Assembly: GCA_964510165.1 (NCBI GenBank) | Contig: CAZEBC010000003.1 | Location: 28,611 to 58,102, forward strand | DNA: 29,492 bases | DNA from: an uncultured bacterium | GTDB lineage: Bacteria > Abyssobacteria > SURF-5 | Direction of reading: 5' to 3' | Part shown: positions 6,811 through 13,186 of the stretch, piece after piece | Layout of the letters: every line of letters starts with the position of its first letter | How positions within the stretch are numbered: the first letter of the stretch is position 1 | Translations under genes and position numbers: made by a program | The notes under the pieces: model-generated | Told to the model about the DNA's origin: nothing | Database searches by the model: none | The model's input: only the letters and a program-made list of their open reading frames with translations

Positions 6811-9489
6811 GTGAGTGCGCGTGAGCGTAGCCGATACATGACCACTGCCGTGGCGTTCCTCATCGCCTTCACGGCGCTCGGCCTCCTCTTCATCCGCTCG
6901 ATGAAGGCCATGGCCCAGCAATTCACCTTCCGGCCAACCGTGGCGGTCTCGAACACCTATGCCGACAACATCCCGTCAACCAGGCGGCTGGACTTCGCGC
7001 TCGACCAGAACATCAACACCGCCGCGGTCACTTACACGAACGCGGACCTCGATGGGAACGGCAGCGCGCAAGATGCCAATTTCGGGTTCAGCGGGCGCTG
7101 GTCATCGTTCAACCAGACCGCCTTCTTTATCAAGAATGTGGGATTGTATGTGGTGAGGGACGCCTCGGGCAACAACTCCTTCGGCAATCTCCGGCAGTGG
7201 AAAATCGAGTACACGGTCAACGGACCAAACGCCGCGGACTCTCTCTGGAACGAGATAGCGCAGTTCACAATTACGTATACAAATGATACGAATGAGGGCG
7301 TCCTTGACCCAGGCGAGCAAATCATCAACACGAGCAAGACCCCTGCTCAGATTGCATTCATAGTAGGCATAGATACCTCTACGAATACGCTCGTGCTCGA
7401 GCGGTATCATCCGGAGGACTTCCCGGATACGGATTACTGGCTGACAAGTGAGAACATTCAGGATGTGGGCGGGACATTCACAAACACGATAGCCAGCATA
7501 GTCAACGACCCACAAGCCAACCCGAGCAAGGGCACGGTCGGCCCCGTGTTTCTCGATAATAACATTGACATGCGGGACGACCTGGCCGTGAGGACTCGCT
7601 CGCGACAGTTCGCCGATGACCCCACCGCAAGCGCAATCCTCGAGATCTTCGACATCCGCGTCGAGGCCGATTGGAACACATCAACCGGCGGGCTGAATCC
7701 GCTCGAAATCAATACCACCTCGCTTCCCAACGGCACGAAAGGTGTCTCCTACGATGAATTCGTGGATGCCTCCGGCGGCAACCCGCCCTACAGTTGGACA
7801 CTTCTGTCCGGACAACTCCCACCGGGGCTTACTCCGTATAATTCCGGCACGGACCCCGATTACGGCATCCACGGCACGCCGACGACCCCCGGCACGTTCA
7901 ACTTCACCCTCAGGGTGGGCGATAGCTCATCCCCCCAACAAACCTATCAGCAGGATCTCTCCATCTTCATATCCGGCCTCGCAATAAGTCCGCAAGGGCC
8001 GGACCTGGACCCGGCCACCAAGTCCGAAGACTACAAGCCTCCCAGCGGACAGCGTTTCGACCATCAGCCCACAACCCCGGGCAGCTACTATTGGTGCAAG
8101 ATTGGCGATATCCCGAACGGCATGACGTTCCTGATGGACGGAAACCCATCCACGCCGGTGCTGTCGTGTCCCAGCGGCGGAGACCCGCCGGCCACCTCCG
8201 CCTATCAGGCCGACTACCTCCAGCTCGGAGGCATTCCGGATGATGATGGGACTTATCCGTTCACGCTCAAGCTGAACAACTCCTCTGAAGTGGCCACACA
8301 CAACTACCTCTTCAAGGTGCTCGCCTCGGGCGTGACATATCTTCCGAAGAAGCTGAAAGACTATGTTAAAGGGGTAACCTACGGCACAACCGGCGCAACC
8401 TGGGAGATGACCCCCGAGTTTATCGTCGCCACGATGATCCAGGATAACATTGCTCAGGCGGGATATATCTATGTGATGCCCCCCTCCGGCGCAGAGCCTG
8501 CAGGCTCGCCTCCTACGGGCTCCGACCCGAGCCTCCCGGTCAACGTGCTCGATCTGGTGCCGGGCGGCGACCTGTCCTTGCCCTCCGGCACATCGGGAGC
8601 AATGAAGATAAATATCGAGGGGTCTGTCCACATGACGCAGGCGGCGGGAACCTTCACGTTCTACGCCGGGATACTGGACCCCGGAAACCTGTCTGGCGCC
8701 ACTGATAGCCAGCAATACAAACTGACCATCCTCGAGCGCAAGACCGACCTGCTCAAGACGCCGCCCTCGGCGGCCACCTCGAGCACCGGGATTCTCATTG
8801 ATTATTCCGGCGCTTCAAACGAAGCCAACCTTAAAGTCGGTGATCTCTTGACCAATACAAGCCAGACGCCGAACGTCACCGCGAGCGTGGTCAGCTATGC
8901 GCCAGACGCCGACCAACTTTTGGTCGCGCACACCGATGAGACGAAATGGGCCAGCGGTGATGCAATCGAAGGGCCGCCGGGCGCTTCTCAATTCTCCGCC
9001 AGCATATCAAGCAACCCAACTGGCACAAAAACTGCATACTTGCAGTTCACGGTGATGGGCGCGGGTGGCGCTCCGGGCCAGACGGGAAACCATACCAACG
9101 TAGACCCGAACGTGCACGACGAAGTCGACGCCGACAACGTCCCGTATTACAGTTACAGATATCTGGTCGCGCCGGTCGGGACTTCGCCGGCCATCGCCAC
9201 GCCGAGCGGCAAATTCCCGCCGGACCCGCCCACGTCCACGCGAACGTTCACGACGGCGGTGACCGATGCGCTCCTGTTTGTGGATTCGAGCGGCCGGCCC
9301 GTAACCGGCACGTATGACGTGACATTCTGGGCCGAGGATGTTCTTCGGAGGTCAACCACTCCGGTCCTCACTCCTCACAATGCCGACAACAATTTCATGT
9401 TCCAACCGGCGACGGTGCGCATCACGGTGAATCCGCCGACTGCGGTCGAGCCAAGGCCGATCAAGCTGAGGCAGGAGATATTCAGATGA
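6811..9489 (+). CDS. Secreted protein with tandem putative Ig (He_PIG/cadherin-like) domains; candidate pilus-tip adhesin
   Basis: AAGGAG (6797-6802) lies 8 nt before in-frame GTG 6811. Sec-type signal ends AMA|QQ. He_PIG signature 'INTTSLPNGTKGVSY..ASGGNPPYSW..GQLPPGL..IHGTPTTPGTFNFTLRVGDS' plus 2-3 degenerate copies. Confidence 0.75.
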   Translation: MSARERSRYMTTAVAFLIAFTALGLLFIRSMKAMAQQFTFRPTVAVSNTYADNIPSTRRLDFALDQNINTAAVTYTNADLDGNGSAQDANFGFSGRWSSFNQTAFFIKNVGLYVVRDASGNNSFGNLRQWKIEYTVNGPNAADSLWNEIAQFTITYTNDTNEGVLDPGEQIINTSKTPAQIAFIVGIDTSTNTLVLERYHPEDFPDTDYWLTSENIQDVGGTFTNTIASIVNDPQANPSKGTVGPVFLDNNIDMRDDLAVRTRSRQFADDPTASAILEIFDIRVEADWNTSTGGLNPLEINTTSLPNGTKGVSYDEFVDASGGNPPYSWTLLSGQLPPGLTPYNSGTDPDYGIHGTPTTPGTFNFTLRVGDSSSPQQTYQQDLSIFISGLAISPQGPDLDPATKSEDYKPPSGQRFDHQPTTPGSYYWCKIGDIPNGMTFLMDGNPSTPVLSCPSGGDPPATSAYQADYLQLGGIPDDDGTYPFTLKLNNSSEVATHNYLFKVLASGVTYLPKKLKDYVKGVTYGTTGATWEMTPEFIVATMIQDNIAQAGYIYVMPPSGAEPAGSPPTGSDPSLPVNVLDLVPGGDLSLPSGTSGAMKINIEGSVHMTQAAGTFTFYAGILDPGNLSGATDSQQYKLTILERKTDLLKTPPSAATSSTGILIDYSGASNEANLKVGDLLTNTSQTPNVTASVVSYAPDADQLLVAHTDETKWASGDAIEGPPGASQFSASISSNPTGTKTAYLQFTVMGAGGAPGQTGNHTNVDPNVHDEVDADNVPYYSYRYLVAPVGTSPAIATPSGKFPPDPPTSTRTFTTAVTDALLFVDSSGRPVTGTYDVTFWAEDVLRRSTTPVLTPHNADNNFMFQPATVRITVNPPTAVEPRPIKLRQEIFR

Positions 9490-9495
9490 GGGAGG

Positions 9496-9622
9496 GGGAA
9501 AAGGGGAAAGGGCGAAAGGGAAAAAGGGGGCCGGTTCGCGGGATTGCGCACTGCGGATTTCGGATTTTGGATTGTCGTGACTGGGAGACGGACCATGCAA
9601 CACGCAATACGAAACACGCACC
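9496..9622. repeat. Three consecutive short tandem (mostly heptamer) arrays
   Basis: GGGAAAA-type units 9496-9525; GATTGCG/CACTGCG/GATTTCG/GATTTTG/GATTGTC 9542-9576; ATGCAAC/ACGCAAT/ACGAAAC/ACGCACC 9595-9622. Confidence 0.75.
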
Positions 9623-9737
9623 ACATTGTGCATGACGCGCACCACAATGTTGCATTCAGGTTCCCGGCGTCCGGGAAAGAGCGTTTTTCGGCTGCAATAC
9701 AGCGTCTGGAGTCGAGGGCCGGAAAGCCACTTTCTTG

Positions 9738-9766
9738 TTGACATGAAACGCATCTTCATATATAAT
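9738..9766 (+). promoter_or_regulatory. Consensus sigma70 promoter for the pilMN-O-P-secretin operon
   Basis: TTGACA (9738-9743), 17 nt, TATAAT (9761-9766), in an AT-rich intergenic stretch. Confidence 0.85.
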
Positions 9767-9879
9767 CTAGCTATAAGCGCTGTGTCATCAATATGTTGGT
9801 ATCGTATCAGTTCACGATCCACAACGGGGAGTGGATCGCGCATGTTTAGCGCTATGTCTTCTGGGGGGAGGTAACGACC

Positions 9880-11577
9880 ATCGGACTGCGTGCGCTTGCA
9901 ACCGGCAAGAAGGTGGGCGTTGACGCCGGGACATCACTCATAAAAGTGGTTGAGTTGTCGAAGTCCGGCGAAGGGGTGAGCCTCGCGAACTGGTCGGCTC
10001 TGCCTTATCGCGGCTCCACCAATTCCGCAACTCAGGCCGTCACCGAGGAACAGGCCAAGGCCATAGACGCGGCGTTGAAAAAGAGCGAATGCAAATGCCG
10101 CGACATCGTGGTCGGCGTGCCCGGCAACAACGCCTTCATCCGCAACATCAAGCTCCCTCCCATCCCCTCAAGCAAGATCGACCAGATCGTCCGCTACGAG
10201 ATACAGCAAACCATCCCGTTCCCCTTGGAAAATATTGCCCTCGACTATCAGGTGCTCGAGCCCAACGCCTCGAGCGAAGTCGAGGTCATCATGGTCGCAA
10301 TGAAGGGCGAGGTGGCCGAATCATTCATCCGTGGAATCGAAGAAGCCAAGGTCAAGGTCGGCATCATGGACTCGATCCCGCTGGCCCTGTACAACTGTTA
10401 CCTTTATAACGGGTACTCGAGCGCGGACGATTGCACCGCCATCATCGAGATCGGCGCCTCCACCTCGAACATCCTGATCGAACTCGGGGGCGAGCTTCGT
10501 TACTGCCGCGCCGTCGGTATAGGCGGAAACGACATCACGAACGCGATCGCCAAGGAATTCAATATCCCGTTCCAGCAGGCCGAACGCATCAAGATACAGC
10601 ACGGAATCATTTTCCCCGAGGGACAGGGCACGTTCAGCGATGACCAGGTGCGAGTTTCCCGCGTCATCAGCGGAGTGCTCGACAGGCTGCTCGGCGAAAT
10701 CAAGCTCACCATCGGCTACTTCCGCTCGCTTACGTCGGCCACCGCCATATCGAGAGCGGTGCTGGCCGGCGGCGGCGCAATGCTCAAGAACCTCAAACCC
10801 TTCCTGGCCGATAGATTGGGCGTTCAGGTGGAGATCATGAATCCGCTGAGGAAGGTCGAGGTCCCCAAGAACCTTCTGGCCGCCCGGAAAGTGGCGCCCG
10901 TGCTCGCGACCGCCGTGGGACTGGCTCTGAGGAATTCCCAGGATTGCTGCCGCCTCAAAATAAGCCTGATCCCCCCGCAGATAAAGGCGGCCCAATCGCG
11001 GCGCGCCAAAATGCTTTACAACTTCGGCAGCCTCATCATGCTGGCAGGCATCGTGGGATTGCTGTTGTGGCGGTGGATACCTGACATGAAGTCTCGCGCC
11101 GATAGGCTGGCCGCCTACGACGCCGAAATCGCGAAATATGAAAAACATGAGGAGCAACTCAACGAACTCAAGAGCACGAAGACCCTGCTTCTCAACGAAG
11201 TTAAAATGTACAGCAAATACGTGGCGGCGGGCGTGGACCCGGCTGCGCCGATGGCCATGCTGGCCGATAGCCTGGGGAACAACGCCTACGTTAAGGATAT
11301 CGAGATTGAGGAGGGAGTCGTCAAAATACATGGCGTCATCTCCAGCGACACAAAGGTGGAAGAGTTGAAGCAACTGTCCAGGCTTCGCCTCGAACTTGAG
11401 AAATACTGCAAGGGAGTCAAGACCGCCGAACAAAGCAAGACAACCGAGGGGCTGTCCTTCTCGCTGGAGCTTTCGGGAGTGCCCGATTTGACCAGCTACA
11501 TTGTGGCGCGCGAAAAACAAAAGAAGGAGGAGGCCGCCCAAGCGGCGCAAGCGCCCCCCCAGGCCGAAGGAGCGTAG
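9880..11577 (+). CDS. pilM: PilM-PilN fusion (type IV pilus alignment protein)
   Basis: Actin-like motifs VGVDAG, IIEIGASTS, LAGGGA, ATAVGLALR, then a PilN-type 'ISLIPP' motif, TM helix, coiled coil and a C-terminal domain. Start proposed at ATC 9880 (GGAGGT 7 nt upstream); the ORF caller uses GTG 9913. Confidence 0.85.
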   Translation: MGLRALATGKKVGVDAGTSLIKVVELSKSGEGVSLANWSALPYRGSTNSATQAVTEEQAKAIDAALKKSECKCRDIVVGVPGNNAFIRNIKLPPIPSSKIDQIVRYEIQQTIPFPLENIALDYQVLEPNASSEVEVIMVAMKGEVAESFIRGIEEAKVKVGIMDSIPLALYNCYLYNGYSSADDCTAIIEIGASTSNILIELGGELRYCRAVGIGGNDITNAIAKEFNIPFQQAERIKIQHGIIFPEGQGTFSDDQVRVSRVISGVLDRLLGEIKLTIGYFRSLTSATAISRAVLAGGGAMLKNLKPFLADRLGVQVEIMNPLRKVEVPKNLLAARKVAPVLATAVGLALRNSQDCCRLKISLIPPQIKAAQSRRAKMLYNFGSLIMLAGIVGLLLWRWIPDMKSRADRLAAYDAEIAKYEKHEEQLNELKSTKTLLLNEVKMYSKYVAAGVDPAAPMAMLADSLGNNAYVKDIEIEEGVVKIHGVISSDTKVEELKQLSRLRLELEKYCKGVKTAEQSKTTEGLSFSLELSGVPDLTSYIVAREKQKKEEAAQAAQAPPQAEGA

Positions 11578-11598
11578 TCCCCGGCAAGAAGATGTGAT

Positions 11599-12570
11599 AT
11601 GCAGCCGAAAGTCAAGAAAAAGCTTATCGTCAGCATTGGTGGTATCGCCGTTTTCATAGCCCTGTTGGTTCCCGTATACCTCTTGTACGGGAAGGAACCC
11701 GTCAAGAACTGGCTGCAGTCCCGACAACAGCTTAAAGAGCGGCAAAAGAGGCTCGAGGAGTTGAGGCAAGCCTTTGACAATCAGACCAACCCCCAGATCG
11801 AACTCAGCAAACTGAAAGAGGAAGTCGCAAGGCTCACCGAAGCCAATAACGCCCTGCAAAAACTGAAGACCCCCGGCACCGAAACCGGTCAGCTGCCGCA
11901 AACCCTCAACGACCCCGACCCGGAAATCAGAAAAGAGCTCTATAACGAGTACATGAAACCCGTCATGGAGACTTCGCAGAACGTCATCAAGGAAAAGCTG
12001 AAGGGCGCCCGCATATCGCCGCCCGAGCTCAATTTGTACACCCCGCTCGACACCGCGGAGGAATGCGCTTACTACATGAACCGGGCGAAAGGACTGATGG
12101 GCTTCATAGACGCCCTGGCCAATTCTCGCTCGCCCGGCGGGACCCTTGCCATCAGCAAGATCGGCCTGGAAAACTACAAGGATGGGTCCAAGCGGCGAGA
12201 AGGCGCCGTCAACATAATGAGCTATGACGTCGCACTCAGTATGGACACCCTCACGTTCGTTTCCTTCCTCTACAACTTGCGCGAAGGAAACAACTACTAC
12301 TTTTTCGATGAGATGAACATTGTTCCTCGCCGCGGCGCCGGCGACAACGCGCAGCTTGACATCGAGGCGCGCCTCAACACCACAATGATTTTCGAGAGCC
12401 AGGTGAAAGCGCAAGTGCAGAAAATCGCGGCTGCCACGGCCAAAGGCAAGGTGGCTGGCGGCGGCTTCATGGCTATAGCCGCAGCAATGGCGCAGGAACG
12501 AGAGAAGGCCTTGCAGGAACAAAGGGAGAAGAAATGGTGGCAGGTCTGGAAGCTGTTTTCGAAGGATTAA
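11599..12570 (+). CDS. PilO/GspM-like bitopic inner-membrane protein
   Basis: N-terminal TM, coiled coil, 'YDVALSMDTLTFVSFLYNLRE..YFFDEMNI' PilO-like pattern; directly after pilMN. Confidence 0.65.
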   Translation: MQPKVKKKLIVSIGGIAVFIALLVPVYLLYGKEPVKNWLQSRQQLKERQKRLEELRQAFDNQTNPQIELSKLKEEVARLTEANNALQKLKTPGTETGQLPQTLNDPDPEIRKELYNEYMKPVMETSQNVIKEKLKGARISPPELNLYTPLDTAEECAYYMNRAKGLMGFIDALANSRSPGGTLAISKIGLENYKDGSKRREGAVNIMSYDVALSMDTLTFVSFLYNLREGNNYYFFDEMNIVPRRGAGDNAQLDIEARLNTTMIFESQVKAQVQKIAAATAKGKVAGGGFMAIAAAMAQEREKALQEQREKKWWQVWKLFSKD

Positions 12571-12610
12571 ACCGGCCACCCTTTCGGCAGCCTCTGAGGA
12601 ATGAGAGATA

Positions 12611-13141
12611 TTGGGCTCGATTGTCGCGCTCTTAAAGAAGATATACGAGCAGAAAGAAAAGATTATTCTGGGGATTCTTGTCGTTGCCTTTGCCGGGGTC
12701 GCCTATATCCAGTTAAAAAAAAACGATGACCCAGACAACCCGAGGCCCGGTAACAGCGCCTCCCTGATCGGCGACTTCACGCCGGCGACTCCAAGGCAGA
12801 TGGTTTATGTCGAAGTCCCCAACGTCGGTAACAAGTATTCGCTCGAAACATACTATAATGTCGTGGCCAAGAGGAACATCTTCAGGCCCCCGGGCCAGGT
12901 GGACAGGGGGGGTAAGGCAGAGGCGCCGCAATGGGCTCAGATGAAGGTAAAGAGCGTATTCGACCCGACTCAGTCGGGAAGCTATATAGCCGTCATCGAT
13001 GTGGACAAGCGCACCAGAATAGTAAAGGAGGGCCAGCTTTTTGAGGGTTATGAAGTCCGTCGCATCGATGGAGTAAGAAGTTGCCTCACGATATACAGGC
13101 GGGATATAGATCAGGAAAAAGAGTTCTGCAAGGAAGAGTGA
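12611..13141 (+). CDS. PilP/GspC-like membrane-anchored protein
   Basis: N-terminal TM, 'RNIF' (RNPF-like) motif, 'AVIDVDKRTRIVKEGQLFEGYEVRRID' HR/PilP-like beta domain; lies between pilO-like and secretin. Confidence 0.6.
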   Translation: MGSIVALLKKIYEQKEKIILGILVVAFAGVAYIQLKKNDDPDNPRPGNSASLIGDFTPATPRQMVYVEVPNVGNKYSLETYYNVVAKRNIFRPPGQVDRGGKAEAPQWAQMKVKSVFDPTQSGSYIAVIDVDKRTRIVKEGQLFEGYEVRRIDGVRSCLTIYRRDIDQEKEFCKEE

Positions 13142-13186
13142 CGGCGCGAGAGGTTGGCTGCCAGCAGCGGAGGAGGCTTTTCGGCT

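Noticed and set aside
2421-9012. Inserted modules as inteins or a prophage remnant
   Set aside because: No Cys/Ser...His-Asn splice junctions and no phage genes nearby.
9021-9036. sigma54-like TGGCACAAAAACTGCA
   Set aside because: Inside a coding region (TGTKTA), ~850 nt from the next gene, which already has a consensus sigma70 promoter; likely chance.
1994-9655. Repeat arrays as CRISPR, or the repeated modules as DGR template/variable repeats
   Set aside because: Units are 7-9 nt without spacers; no cas or reverse transcriptase gene; module copies are similar at protein level only, with no adenine-specific near-identical DNA pair seen.
12714-12723. Poly-A run in the pilP-like gene as a phase-variation tract
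   Set aside because: In frame, encoding L-K-K-N just after the TM helix; a single sequence gives no evidence of length variation. Read-level indels would reopen it.
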